Below are positions 27,601-41,701 of a stretch of DNA of 64,000 bases, one piece after another. Made by a program: the position numbers and the translations under genes. The DNA comes from Tubiluchus corallicola (Eukaryota > Animalia > Priapulida), in the NCBI GenBank assembly GCA_030141605.1, contig JAQGDQ010002370.1, forward strand, positions 461,167-525,166. The letters run 5' to 3'. The notes beneath the pieces are model-generated. The model had not been told where the DNA came from. It was given only the letters and a program-made list of their open reading frames with translations, and did not search any database. Numbering within the stretch: the stretch's first letter is position 1; every line of letters begins with the position of its first letter.

Positions 27601-30600
27601 CAATCAGTAAAATATTTCTTATTTAAAGTTTTTTTTAATTTTTTCGAAACTTGTTATCAGAAAAAATCACCAACATTCTTGAAAAAAAGATAAAGACATC
27701 ACTCCCACTGAGAAACCAATGCAAATTGTACCCTGTCCATTTACGGCCCTGCAAGCTGCAAATAACAAAGTACTACCTAGCAAGACAAAATTAATGTTTC
27801 TTACTCAGATATAAAATGTTCTTTCTCATGGTTTTATCAGTATTTATCCATTCTTATTGGTTTCTCCTGGGGAGTGGTGGTGGGACAATCATTTCCCGAC
27901 ACTCCTTATACTGTTTTAGTTATAGTTTCAGTGTTCAGTTGCTGTGCACAATATCAATGGTATAAACATAGAAAATATTCTCCCAGTTGTATATGTGCAA
28001 TTATACGCCTCTACATGATCCCAAAACAGCAAAGTTTTCTTTAAAAAGCACATTTACTACGTAATTCTTAAGAAAAAGACATTCACAGATGAATAAGGAA
28101 ACAAAACAGTTTTTGTCCATTTTTAACAAGGTTACTAAATCAGTTTGTTTACATGCACCACATACCTATAAGCCACAATGAAGCACAATCGGAGGTGGCA
28201 AGGTTAACTGGGCGGTGGCTAATGCTTTAATGATCTTTATAACGTCAGTATAAGGGAAAACACTTCAAATAAATATGGGTGTTCTGATCTATGATTTATG
28301 TCAGAAGCAAGTGGGCAGAACTGACTCTCAAGAAAATTTATGGTGTTTATTGTAAAGGTTTGAAACAGGTCTAAATTTATTAGGTAATGCATGAAGTCGA
28401 AAACTCAATGTCACGGTACAATAGGAACACTATAAAGGACTTGTAGAAACAGCAGGCATGCAATTAAGAAAACTACTTTAAATAATTTATGAAATTAATT
28501 TAAACTCGTATTTAAAACAAATTTGTGTTTCTTTGTGGAACACTTGTGGAAATTGTTACAATGGCTTTAGTTACTTGAATATGAAAACGAGTTTGTTGAA
28601 GTAATGAAAAAAGTGAAGTATATGCAAACAATACATTGTACATTTCCACATAGTAATTGAAGTTGATCCAAATAATTAAAATGTAGATGTTTGCTACTTA
28701 TGTCCTACCTTCAATAATTTTAAAATATAAATATATCATTATCAAGTTTAAACGAATATAGAACTGCATACATAACGGTTTGTTATAAAAGTATATAAGT
28801 TCTGTTATTTTGCATAATGCATTAGTCAATAAATATGCCAGACTAACAACTATAAAACAGTCACATATTCATGAAGGCCTGAGGCGCAACTTGTGGGTAA
28901 CGAATTCACACTCTGAACACACGGAAAAACTAAAGATCAACTGAGCTGCAAGTGGAGGTGAAATTAATGCTTTGCACAATGTCATTATTATTTTAGGATA
29001 CATTAAGGCTAAGTAGTGTCTGTTATATTCACACATACAATACTGCATGTAAATTTTGATCATCTATCTTACAGTCGTTAAATTGTATTTTAGTACTTTT
29101 ATTAAACCCCGCATATTCTTTCAGCACATCAGCATATTGTGAGATCAAGCTAAGACCTGTTGTGAAATGAACTAAATCTAATTTCATTAATTACAATTTT
29201 AAAACAACTAACGTTCCAGATGGCACACTTAAATAACAGAAAAAGCCGAATGAATATTGGACGAAAAGAAGTAATTCAAATTTTACGTAATTGTATGCTA
29301 CCATATTTTTTATGTTAGAAATAACTAGATAGCTAAGCAATTTGGAATCAATTTTGATTTTGCACCTACCAATTGTGTAAATATCTTCCTCTATAGGTCT
29401 TTCCTTTAGTGCATTGTGTCGAAGATTCAGCTGAGATAAGCGATCATTCACAAACAGATTTTCTGGGATGTATTCCAAATGGTTATTGGACAAATCTGCT
29501 AAATTTGGTAACTTTGCTACTGCCTGAAATTAGGAACACATATAATGTAAAAATTAAGCAGTTAGTGGAAGTTACACAAGTGGCCTCAAAACCCAAGAAA
29601 AAGGCCATTAAAAGTCCAGTTTCAGAACGGTTTGCACATTTTAGTCATATTACGGAGGAATAGATATATCATATTAATAATATTTTACTATACATTAATA
29701 GAAATAGCCCAAGTCACAAAACTTTTGCTTGTTGCAGCACTGCACAAATTTGTCCAATTAATAATGACGTAAATGGGTTGTTAGTCTCATGAAGTGTTGA
29801 ACAAAATAACACAGGTAAACTAAAGAAGTAAGTTAACAAGTAAAAAAACTACCGATAATAAGCTGCTAAAGTTTACAAACTGTAATTTAACAGCAAAAAA
29901 TACGTAAACCAGAACACATAAAGGGTGTTATAATTTTGAGTCATTAAGGGCAGACAAAATCGTGCCAACCTCACACGAACTTGTGATTACTGGAATTAGG
30001 GGTAGTGTTGTTGGTCCACTTAAATTAAATATTTTAAAGACTATCATCCTTGCCACTGTACATGTCTAACAGATAATGGCTAATTACCTTCATGCATTTT
30101 CTCAGCCATTTTGAAATTTCAGCATCACTTCCAAAAGAAAGAAACACTGTTCGACCTGCTTGCAATTCAGCAGTAATTTTTAGACATCGCTCGTGATTTT
30201 TGAATTTCATCTCCTCCACTTTCCCCTTTGCCAACATGTAAACATGGGGTTGCCCTCTTTTTTCCAATCCTGAGAAAGGAAAGTTGTGCAATTAATTAAG
30301 AACAAAATCCTGTACAATGAAAGAAAGAGTTTCAATATGAGCTTCAAAGGATAAACATCCAAGGTTTGAAACACAATCTTGGTCAAAAACAAGCATCAGC
30401 TTAGAAACAAATATATTTGTTCAAAGCATGCCAAGTAACAGAATGGTTTCAACATAATGAACCACTCTTAATAATGCTATACTTTTTTGTTGACGTGTCC
30501 TTGAACGCATCCATGGTTACGCTGAAAAAATAAAAAGTGCTAACAAAATTTAGAACCAATCATAAAAAAGGGTTTTCTCGTTTAACCAGTGATATTTACG

Positions 30601-33600
30601 TGCCAGCAGTTTGGAAAACAAAGACTGTCCCTGCTTGTACAGCGTTTATTGCTTGATAGTAAATTTACTATACGAGACATAATTATCCGGCCAATTACAC
30701 TAACTGAAATAGAATAACAAGTAACTGATGCAAGCCAATGACCCGGCGGGTAAACAGGCATTGCGAACATTTGTGACTGTTACAATAATACAATTTAGAA
30801 AAGTAACAAAACACAGTAAGTTTACTGCTGCATTCCGCAAGTGGTCTGTCAACCGAAAGCCAAGTTGTATCCAATTACATTGTCAGACGTATTCTCAGAT
30901 TTCTGGTTGTGCTTTGAATACAAAAACGTACACCAGCAAAAATGATTTTTTTAAAATTTATTGTCCGAAATTGCCACGCATGCCATCTTGGCACACAGTG
31001 AGAAAGTGTTTAAAAATTTCAATATAGCCACAGGGAAACTACATGAACATACTTTTATACAATGAGCGCAGTTTATTGGAAAGTATCGGTTACTTGGTTA
31101 TATGTATATAAAATATAGTTCAACTTTATTGGATAGCGCTTGTAAAATGAGGTATTCTATAAAGAATTGCCACCACGTGGAATGTCAACCTTTTTAGGTG
31201 TAGTGATCCTGGGACTGCACGTCCCAAAACAGACCATTTACAGGTAATACCATTCCCATTTTAAGCTTAGTTTATGGTCATACGAAGAGTAAAAGGAAAT
31301 GAGGGCAAACAAACGTGGTATTGTCCCTGGTCAATGATCTTCCAATCCCGAGATTTTAAAATTAATTGTTTAAACACTAAACCATTAGTCTAAGCTCAAT
31401 GCGACGGTTGTTTTGAAAACTTGTTACAATTTTACTGAGCGACTGTCACGGTACAGGAAAGCTGTTACTTGGATATAATTGTTGTTAGACTACTGTAAAA
31501 TCAAGCTGTGTACATAACAAGCAGACAGTAATTCACTTGACTTGAAACACACTTGTTATAAACGAAACTGTAGCTTTCTAAACATTTGGGTCAGACCAAA
31601 CCCATGAATTCAAAAACCATAAAAGCCGCACGTAGAAAATATTGGCGTTATTAAATTTAATGGGCAAAGTACGATCATGCTTATTATATTTTCATGATAA
31701 TGAAATTTTACTCAGTTTAAGTGAAAGTTCCAGTAAAGAAAAAGTCTTAAGAACACTTGAGTAGACATGGTCAAGCCACAAAAATAGAGATGAAAGCTCC
31801 GAAGCGGGTCCTGAGTCGCTGGAGTATGTGACAGAACCTACTGCATTTGAAACGGAGTGAGAAAAAGCAGAACAATGATGGCATCATGGCAACATCAGCA
31901 AGGTCCATATTCAATGTTCCCAGGCCTCAAAGATTTTCTTAACGAATGGAGGGACGTGGTTTCTCACCTTACTTTTACATACAGGGATAAGCAATACATC
32001 TAAGCCAGAACAACAGATAACTCTTAGGTGCGAAATGAAGATCATGAAGATCACTGGCTCTGAGTGTAAACCAGTGGAAGAGCTCAAAGTGAAAGCTAGT
32101 GCAACTTCATGAAGTGAGTAGGTCCATTGAACACAACAGATATACTGCAATTGCGTATCTGTCACGGATCTGTAAAAAATCCCCTGTGGACCTTTTGGTT
32201 AAAATAAAAAGCAGACCGATTCTGCGCATTACAGCTTTGCAGTCTCTTTAAAATTTCACTGCATTTATGTCTGAGTCGTGAATAAGCGAAAGAAAATATT
32301 GTGCTTCGGTGCCTCCAGAAATTTTTCGAGAGAAGACTGAGGATGAAAGAAACCACTGAGAACTGATTCACTGCTTTTGAAGTATCAAGAGAGACATAAA
32401 TGTATAGTTCATGAATACAGCAAATCTGGAGCGAAAGGAACCGTTTTATCGAATCGAAATCAATCAAAAAGTTTGGGAGAGAGCATTTTCAAATTTCATA
32501 ATAATGCATATATATATATATATATATATATAGGAGAGTAGATATTATTTGGGGATAGGTTGCCAAATCGTCGCTCAGATTACAAACGAGTCGCTGCGTC
32601 CTTTTGTGGCGCCACGTGGAGAGTTTCAATTGGTTAAGCCCCAAAACCCGATGGAGCATGTTAACGACTGGTGTTAATTTGCCGTAACGGTGCGATTTCT
32701 TGAGTTAGTTTTTTTTTCGCCAGCATCTTTCCCTATTTTCACCTCCTTTTTCACTCTGGTTTGGTGCAAAAATTGACATAAGTTTGGTGTCATATTTAGC
32801 AGGTACATTGAGGAGCTTGCTACTAATCGCACCGTGTTAGAGTCAACTTTAAGCTATGAAACCTGAAGCATCCAGGGTAATTGCTGGCGACCGGTTGACT
32901 TAGCTCATTTCTTTGACTTAACATTAATAATGTACTATTTTCTCACGGAATACAATAACAAAATATTACGTGAACGTGCAAAATTTAAAATAAAATAAAA
33001 TAAAGTCAGCAAACATTTTTAATCAATAGTCTACGCTAAACAAACATAAATTACAATCGAGATCATCAAATCAAAGGCCTTAGAAGGGACTGAGACTAAT
33101 GACAGATATATATTTATCCTTCTTGATCTAATCTTCTTGCAATAAAAACTGTCAGCGTGTAACTTTGGCACATTGCCTCTACATATTGAAACTTTTAAAT
33201 CGGATTTCCAGACAGTAGTTTTAACTTTCAAATCTAGGCTCACAGATGTGACCCCAACAAACATCTCGGAATTGTTTTATGGCCTGCGGTTAGATGTCAC
33301 ACTCCTCATTCATCACTGGTATTGTCATGTCACATTCGACAAGCACAACTCCCAGCCATGTAATTGCTAAAATGTGTGCCTTAGATGAGTTTGACGCATT
33401 TAGAAAGCAATTACCAAACCAACGATGAATATTCAAACTCATCACTATGCTTTTTTGTACAGACAAAACTACAAAGCAACGGAAGCAGTGAGTTGTCTTT
33501 GTATCCCGTGCCACCGTCACACTAATAGTTAGATATGGTTTCTGGTACCTAAGACTTGAGGAGTATTTTTGTTAATCAATTTTGTTAGTGACAATTACGT

Positions 33601-36600
33601 TTAATTTTGTTGGTGACAATTTTCTGCTCTGAGAATACGAGAACAATTTAAACCCTAAATGGCACAGAGGAACCAGTAGACTGAGAAACTAGAAGTACAA
33701 ATAATAAAAAACTTTTAACAAATCAATTTTTGGCAAAGTGATTTCAGAGACTGCATGTGGAACAAGTAATCATTGTCCTGAGAGACCATGGTTATGGGAA
33801 CATTAGACAATAAAAATGTGAATTAAGCAGAAGAAGTACCAGCACAATCTTGTTTAAAACTGATTAAATGTAACCAACTGAGATGGAACAAAAACAGTAG
33901 ATGAGAGGTTCGATGGTATTACAAGCCGGAAACATGAGGAGTCCATTTAAGCCCAATAAGTCTAACAAAATTATTTCTACCAGGAAATTAGAAACTATGT
34001 CTACAAGTCAGTTTTTCAGACATTCCTAGTTTGAAAAGTAGAACACGTTACATTAGGCAGAAATCTATCCATCAGCTGCAAAATATTAATTTAACACACA
34101 ATGTCAAGTTTTAATAACTGGAGCAGTAATCACATAAGTTTTATTTGCAAAGCTGCTAAGCAAACAGGTATTGGAAATTTGTAACAGACGCAGTAATGAT
34201 CTAGGCATAGTAACTGTTAGTCCCACTTTGGCGAATGTTCAATGTACATAGAGGTTTGTTAAGTTATCTACAAAACTAGAAATTTGCTATGCATTCAGTA
34301 AGTAACATAAGTCGAGCTAACAAGAGATTATAAAAAATAATTGTTGCTGAGTATTAACACATTCTTTCATTACCATAAATACTTGAAAATAACTTGAAAC
34401 GTATTATTCTGGACGCCCCACTGACCTTAAACAATCAATTAATTAATAACCCGCCCAAATGGGCCGCCAAAGGGTGAAACACATAGTACAGTAAATATCC
34501 CATGTCAAATGATGTCATGCAATCTGACATTTATTATGCCATGTTTTAGTGGATTCGTAATAAATTAATGTTTGGGCGTTGTATGTTCAACCCTCTACAG
34601 GTAAGCGCTTATAAATCGTTATAGTTAGGAACAGAAAAGGGCTCACGCATGCAGTAGATTAAGCATATAGTTAAGAATTTTTTAACAAATTTAAATATTA
34701 ATTATATTATACACTGTTTCGCTGATACGTCTTTGAACATCTATAAGTTCTATAATTTAAAACCTTTCAAGTTTTCGATGTTTTATTCTATAAAATCTTA
34801 ATAGCTTTAAAAATCTGTACACGCAATTTCTGCAGTAATCGCGCATACTGATAATATCACACAAATTGATTTCAAAACTGGTATGGGACGGCGCAGCAAT
34901 TTGTGTTTGGCCCAGGAAGTAATATTTTACAATGGAAGCATGGAAAATCATTAATCTGGGTATGCCGCTGAAATTGCTATGGCAATTAATGAAAATTTGT
35001 TTAATGGGTTTTTAATATTATCCCTATTCAAAATGTGCAGGGTGGATGACACTTGTACAATTTAGACGGATCTCACCTTAAAATGTATAAATTTATGTAT
35101 CCTATACAGTGCATAATGGAGTTTTCAATATAGGTAATAATCATAACCAACCAAGTCAAGTTAGGCTTGGAAAGTAGTTCTCTAAAACAATAGACACTTG
35201 TATAATCATTACGCTGCCAATGATTGCATGAAGAAGACAATTGTCTTCGTGGTAATACAATTATACTGTTATATTCGTTGTGCTGCAAATTCGCCCAGCA
35301 GGATAAAAGTTCATTTTGTTGCAAACTTCTTATATTGGCAGTTTATTTTAGCTATATTTGACTAAATTAGTGGTTTTCAGGTCAAAGAAGCAGAAGTTCA
35401 GATATGTAGATAAACCCGTCGTAAAGTTTTTCAACAGATAGCTAACAACTATAACAAGCTTTGTGTTAATCGCTTACCAGGATATACAAGAAGTCTGGTA
35501 CCAGACAAGGCAACAAACCGTTTGGCCCACTGATGAAATACTTTGCCTTTTCGAACATACAGTTGACCAGAAACATTGTTTCGTGAAAACGTCCCATCTT
35601 GAGTCGGTTTTCCTGAAAAAAAACATTGATTCACAATTCACAAGATTTCAGCATAATTAGTGTTTTTGTGATATCAACACGAAGCATAACTAATTGTATA
35701 TACATAATCAGTTCTTACGAAAATTGATAACTGATAATTGCATGTGTAAGTTCTTTAATTTATAAGCTTGTTACTTTGTAAATTGTTTTGTATTATTGCT
35801 TGTGAATTAAGCTACGTCAATTTTTCAAAAACTTCACTTGTTCTGAGGTGTTCCGGAACGCATATGCGTTACGCGGCTGTTTACCAAACATTCGGAATGC
35901 CTTATGCGTTATCCACTTGAGGAATAGCTGCGTATAAAAAATCAATAAGAAATAGCTGCAGAAAAAATAATGCATCAGGCAGGTCTGATAAACGGGTGCT
36001 GCAAAAACCACACAAACCGATGTTATCTATTGAACTTCATTTATTAGCTTCCTTGAAGTGTTATGTTCTATTATCGTTGCCTATCTAAGATGCTAGTCTG
36101 CTACTTGAAAACTTCACGCTAAACAACCTCGGCAGCGCAGATAGCATTTATGGTAAATTTCACCCCATACAGAGTCCTGTAGATGTTTTAAAAGTTTCTA
36201 AATCCAGTGATACACACAACAATGTTGTTTCAATGTGAAATTTTATTCATCGATTGGTTACACTCTGGCTACACATGTTGTTACATAATAAACATTAATT
36301 TGTAAACAATAAGCAAGTAAGTAACTTATTGACTAACAACTATTATTATACTTAATCGGGGTAGATGCAGAGAAAACAACACATTAAGACACACAAACGA
36401 CCCCATTTTCTCCAAAACATTTATACATTGCCGATCGTAAAAGTGCTAAAATGGGATTAAACTGAGTGTCGCAATATAATTAACGTATTTTACATTATAC
36501 TACCAGTCCTACAAGAAACAATGTGCAAAACATTGTGCAAAACATTTAAGGCAGTGGCGAATATAGTTCACAACAGTTTGGCTACTGCTATGCCTGAATA

Positions 36601-39600
36601 TAGAACTGATCGATGCCACATCAATATCAGAGAACCACGGTAGTGGTCTGACCAGGTCAGTCTTCGCTCAATTGCAGAAAACAAGTTCTTGGTCTTGATC
36701 AGGCCTTGGTTTCGTTAGTAGGGCAGTCGCAAAAGCTCCTGTGCCTAGGTATATTTTTCACTTGCCACTTTCAGTAGCCAATTTATGACCTGATATTCTG
36801 GCCTTTGTCCGGGAAATTCTTTCGAGTTTTTGAACAGGCGCCGCACTATTTGAATATATAGACCAACTAAATAAATCCTCATTCAAAAGTCTGTATGTAA
36901 CTATCCTACTAGAGGTTAACACACACAATTCTTGCACTTTGTTTTGTTTATCCTCAGTTGCAGGGTCTCTTCTCAGAGTGATGATGCTGTTGATGTACGC
37001 ATACAGAGAAATTGCCTGACATTTATTTATCGTATACATTAATATAGGATGCTTACCAGGATTACTGAACATCTTAGTAAAAAACCTGTAGTGCTGGCTC
37101 TTAATGTATGCCTCTGCCGATGGCATATCTAACTCGAGAAGGGATAGGTCATTTTGAACTGCCTTGCGCACTCCAAGGCAGTTTTTAATTCCAGATGTGC
37201 ACAATTAAGACAATTTTCTTATATCATTGGACAGCTATATCTCGCAGCTGTACAAAAGCCTAGATAATATAGCTGCTTTTAACAAAGTCTGTTTAGTCCA
37301 TACTTGGACAGGAGAAGTTCTTACGGACAAATGCTACGTATTTCAGTTCGTGGTTAAGTTTTTCCTTATTTTGAATCACAATTGCCTGAGCCAATTTTCC
37401 GCCGGCACAAAGAAACTGTGCCTAAGTAGATGTAGCTATAGCACCAGTTTGCTTGTAAGTTTTCAACGATTATAGGCATGCGGTCATTTTATTCACCATT
37501 GCAATGTAATAACAAGAAACATCGTCTTTAACTCGTTAACTACGAGACCATGCTCAACGCAAAAAGACTTCAATATAGTGGGTTTTTCTATGCAGCGCTC
37601 TCTTGAACAGGCAGTAGTACAGAGTTGACCATCATTAACAGACCGTGTCTGTTTGGCAAGAAATCGTCATCCCGAACTATAGCCAATCTTTTTATCAAAG
37701 GATTGATGAATAACGTGAACACGAACATGCTGCGCGAGGACGCAGCCTGTCTTACACCTATTTTACTAGTAACCAAGCTAGAGCCTAACGCGCTGCATAG
37801 TTTTCATGTACATGGCCTGGATTTACGTGTTATTGTTTGACGACATCCTAATTTCACTAATTCTTGAATGAGTTTGTGCATTGATACGATGCCATACACC
37901 TTAGCAAAATCGATGAATACAATGTACAATTTGCATCGTATTATTTTTGCTGAATCTGTTAGTAAGCGCAACGTAACTGCTTGTTCTAAACAGCCTCTTT
38001 CTTTTTCTCCACCAGCCTGTTCTGGGCCAGGCTGCCACCAGAGCTGTAAGAGAGTATTAATCAGTCCGTCAAATATCTATGGACATAAGTCCAAAATCGA
38101 GATACCATGGTAGTTATTGCAGTCATGACGACTGCCTTTCTGCAAGACTACCAACTTTGTTTTAGTCCAATTATTAGGGTAGTAAACTGATGAAAGTACC
38201 GTATTAAAACATGCAGTCATAAACGTAATCCATAGTGCAGATACACACTTGATCAATAATATCATTACCACTATCACAGCCTGGCGACTTGTTGGGTTTT
38301 AGACTAATGATAGTATTATTGACTTCATCTGGTGTGAATAGGTCATCATCCACAGCACATCATATTGCCTTCATATTACCAGATTTTAATAAATTAATGC
38401 ATCTCGCGTTTGCTGCTCGTCTACTTGAAGTATCGTTTTGTATTCTACATTTGGTTGCAGAATCATATTTGATGTCTTTGGCATTCTGACATAGGTCGTC
38501 GATATCCCATCTTGTTGGATATATGACAGACTCATATTGTGATAAGTCGATATCCTGCCGAGCACAAAAACTTCGAAGTTTATCATCACAAGTTCAACAT
38601 AAGACAATGGAAGTTACTCCATCAATTGGAAGTCTAGCTGGGATATCCAATTCTGGCGCTTCCTAAACGTCAAACCATCACCATAGCTGTTACATGTTAC
38701 TAAATGATTAAGGGGGATCAAGTGATTATCCCTACATAGTTGCAAAAGTCGCGTGCCTGTTGTGTTCCTTCTTATATCAGGATTATGTGCATACCTCCAT
38801 TGGTTCCCTTCTGTCAGTATATTTCTACATTGACCACATCTTACATTTAGATCACCAATTATAAAGTACTTCTCATTATTCTCTTGTGCTTCAATAGTTG
38901 TGCCTTGTAACATAGCAGAAGCAAATAAGAATGTTAGCCAGGCTATTGCAGTCTTAACCACATTTGACAAGGGGTTGAATCATCTACAAATATTACATAA
39001 TCAGAAATATTATTGCCTAAGATATACAAAAATACCACCTTTAATAGTACGTTTGTTGCTATATTTGCTACGTATTAGTACATTAAAACTGGGGATAGTA
39101 AAACAATAAGTGCTAATTTCTTGCAAACAAATGATATCATGCAAGCAAAACAAGGTGATAACTTTATCGAACATGTTCTCACATTTATCAGTCACTGAGT
39201 GTATGTTCCATGACAGTAGCTTAGCATTGTTATTGTGCGCATCTACCCTGTTATTAAAAAAACCTGAGTATAGAAAATATTATTGTTTCGTTGTTTCATT
39301 GAACACATTTATTTTTCCAGTCAATTCTCAAGTTCATTTTCAACTTTGCTTTTCTCATCTTTTAACACCTTCAATAGGCTTTGATGCTCCTTCTGCACTG
39401 TGGGGCTTGTATTTGGACTGATAAAGACACGTCTGTACTGCGCACTCGCATCTTTCAGTCTCTTTGCCCCGAACAGTGCTTGTTGCCTCACTGCTTGAAT
39501 ACAGCTGTACTAGTACAGGGCGTGGTCTGTACGCTCGCTTTGATGTCATCAATGATGTGATTACATTCCCTATATCACTTTGGTCACCATCCGCTTCGGG

Positions 39601-41701
39601 TTCAGCTAGCCCAAAAACTACGATATTTTTGGCACATTTTTCTTTTTCTAATATCTCTAATGTAAGTCCTGAGAGTTTTCTAACTTGCTCGGTCAGTGCT
39701 TTTTTCTGTTTCTTAATGTTTGAGTATTTTCTGCCTAAATCATTTTGTTTTTTCCTAATTTCAATCACATCTTCTTATATAGCGTTTTGTGTGTCTTTTA
39801 TTTCACCAATTGGTTTGAGTAATTGTTTTACAGAACAGTCAAGTGAGATCAGTAGGAAATCAGGGTGCTTATTGCGACACTAGCTTCAGATTACAAAAAA
39901 CTGTTCATTACAGATTATTTCAAGTAATAAGGGCCCGTAGCTGGCGAGGCATGAAACAAAACTAAAAACATTCACAGGATTAATGATAGCTATCTTCCTG
40001 ATAGTTCGTGACTTACATCCTACTTATGGGTGACGGCAAATGTCAACCAATCAAACATTTTAAGCTGGGCAATGTGTACAGTACATACACAATTAAACGA
40101 CCCCAGGTATGATGATAGACAATTAATAGCTGTATACATAATTTTTCTTTTAAAATATAAACAATTCAAAATAACTGTTTGTTTGCGAACCGCGATTTTG
40201 TCATTTTACGAAATGTTTTTTCTTCACTTTTTTGTTTATTTCTTAGCTTGTACTGTTAGATTATAGATTTATAACTGAAACCTTTGCACCCAAAAGCAGC
40301 AGCATATTAGTTGAAGGAGTTATTTTTAAAAGCCAAAACAGCTCACGTAGAGCATTTTTGATTTTTCCTTATCTTGGCCTTTTTGTTAAATAATTTTGTT
40401 TCATTTCATTGGTGTATAATTATTGCTTTGGGTATTTATGTACTATTACATGCTAAGTATGTTAACTGCTGCATGCTACATAATATGAGCAACATACTGT
40501 CATATGTGTTCCCCAAACGAACATTAAAAAATTTCTGTAGTTAAAATTATGTTTTTCTCAGATGCTTGGCTAAGTTTTTGCTGTCCATGAAGTGGTAGAA
40601 AGTTATTGCCGAAGGGCAAAACAAGCACTCGCCAACGTTAACGAACAATGGTTCCTTGTTCGAGAATAATTGTCTTATATGTGTGCCAAGACAGACAACA
40701 GGAATTTTTCTTGTTTAGCATGCAAAACAGGTTGCAAAGTTTCCAAATTATTCAAAATTAAACTCCACATTGCTCACTTGGGTACCTTGTACCCAGAAAA
40801 AGAACTTACACTTACATACACACAAAGTATTGTAATTGTAAACTGCTTAGATATTTTTATGGCCAACTATAATAAAATAAATGTAGAGCAGGCCATTCTA
40901 TTATCCTGGCATGATACAAGCCTGGTGTACAGAATGCTGCTAACTAGTACAGTACAGCTACAGCAACATATTACTAAGTAATTATTACACGTTTAAAATT
41001 CGGAAGTTCTAATATTTAAAGAGGCTTCATAAATGAACTCATCGAATGATAAAACTTTGCCGGAATTCTTAATGCCATGATAACATCACTTTATACCTAC
41101 CAACATAAAATCGAATTAAGTAGCCTAGTTCTTTGCTTTGTCCAACCTCTTGTATCCTACAAATGTCGGTATAACCAAGTCTCGTCAGATATTCATTTTG
41201 AAGAGCAAGGGGGTGGTCATACGGCTCTAACCGTTTAATGGTCCCGCCATTGTACTGAATGTGCAGAGCATTTGACAATGCGTTAAGTTTTAGACAAATC
41301 TGATGTGCCGTCGTACTCAGTGAACACGGTATACAACGAGACTTCAAAACGCTTGTGTCTGGATCATAAACACGGATATAACCATGGTTGGTGTCTCCCA
41401 GCCAATGTTCAGCCTCAAACTGGCGCTCAGTACCTTGTGAATGTGTTCGAGAAAACGAAGAACTGCTACTACTCGTAGGAGACCTATCTTTCTCATAATT
41501 TTCACTTATTTCCCAGTTATCAATATCATCTTCTATTTGTCCTATATTGCGACTTTCTGGTGATCTGCTACTTGAGCTACGAGAAACAGAGTCGATACCC
41601 TTTTCGCCCATAAACTCTTTCCACCAGTTCTGACCCGAGCGCACTTTATAACTGAGCATAGAATACTGTGATCTAATGCTGTCTTTCTCTATTCGATCCA
41701 T
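683..41701 (-). CDS. PHLPP: PH domain leucine-rich repeat protein phosphatase (PHLPP family); 5' part, gene continues beyond window position 1
   Basis: Ten GT-AG exons with consistent phases: 41101-41701, 35478-35612, 30088-30269, 29370-29523, 27126-27294, 3087-3225, 2364-2444, 2042-2261, 1162-1222, 683-778 (1838 nt). Translation gives a Ser-rich N-terminus, an RA-like domain (GYIRVYD...IPCSLSTTAHQIC...HPLALQNEYLTRLGY...LGYLIRFYVG), a PH domain (SGQLYVRKGK...WAKRFVALSGTRLLVY...VFLSFGSDAEISKWLRK) and tandem LRRs (DLSNNHLEYIP, LNLSDNDI, LHLHNNHLSSLP, LDVSHNRI, LDLSHNELNKLPEWIC). This domain order is diagnostic of PHLPP. The PP2C domain is not in the window. Confidence 0.93.
5510..5547 (-). CDS. 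Candidate alternative first coding exon of PHLPP (MVDIFPAPSSTF-)
   Basis: gcaATGG start, GC|GTAAGC phase-2 donor, TATAAAAG on the minus strand at 5650-5657. Confidence 0.45.
7464..7489 (-). CDS. Candidate alternative first coding exon of PHLPP (MGNNFSHL-, N-myristoylation motif)
   Basis: Minus strand aaacATG GGT AAT AAC TTT TCC CAT CTC TA|GTGAGT; phase 2, in frame with exon 3087-3225. Confidence 0.55.
11510..11571 (-). CDS. Candidate alternative first coding exon of PHLPP (MYEFADVGDKFKKQIRIKSA-)
   Basis: Consensus donor AAG|GTGAGT in phase 2; promoter-like motif cluster upstream at 12143-12180. Confidence 0.45.
18415..18435. repeat. Poly-C tract
   Basis: C16-A-C4 run. Confidence 0.85.
27530..27908. 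mobile_element. Tc1/mariner-type MITE in PHLPP intron 4
   Basis: TA-flanked imperfect TIRs CAGGGTGTCTGGAAATGA / TCATTTCCCGACACTCCT, plus a second inverted pair CACTCCCACTGAGAAACCAAT / ATTGGTTTCTCCTGGGGAGTG. Confidence 0.6.
31750..32490 (+). mobile_element. 3' fragment of an L1/Tx1-like LINE ORF2 (degenerate) in PHLPP intron 2
   Basis: Stop-riddled plus-strand frame reads LRICHG...RFC...SLHLCLS..AK (zf-RVT-like) and then IQQIWSERNRFI, resembling the C-terminal IWxxRN motif of L1/Tx1 ORF2. Boundaries are approximate. Confidence 0.5.
32508..32532. repeat. (AT)n microsatellite
   Basis: Directly visible dinucleotide run at the 3' side of the L1/Tx1 fragment. Confidence 0.9.
36310..39880 (-). mobile_element. 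Decayed near-full-length non-LTR retrotransposon (CR1/L2-group LINE) in PHLPP intron 1
   Basis: Frameshifted remnants in canonical order. ORF1: coiled coil, KNIVVFGLAE, RPRPVLVQL. APE endonuclease: HDIICLQE, GGIFVY, FIIGDLN, GTRLLQLCRDNHLIPLN, TFRKRQNWISQLD. RT: NYHGISI, EQAGGEKERGCLEQ, YIVFIDFAKVY, IGVRQ. C-terminal RISGHKLATESG. AATAAG plus a CTTA-type tail at about 36310-36330. Confidence 0.88.
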
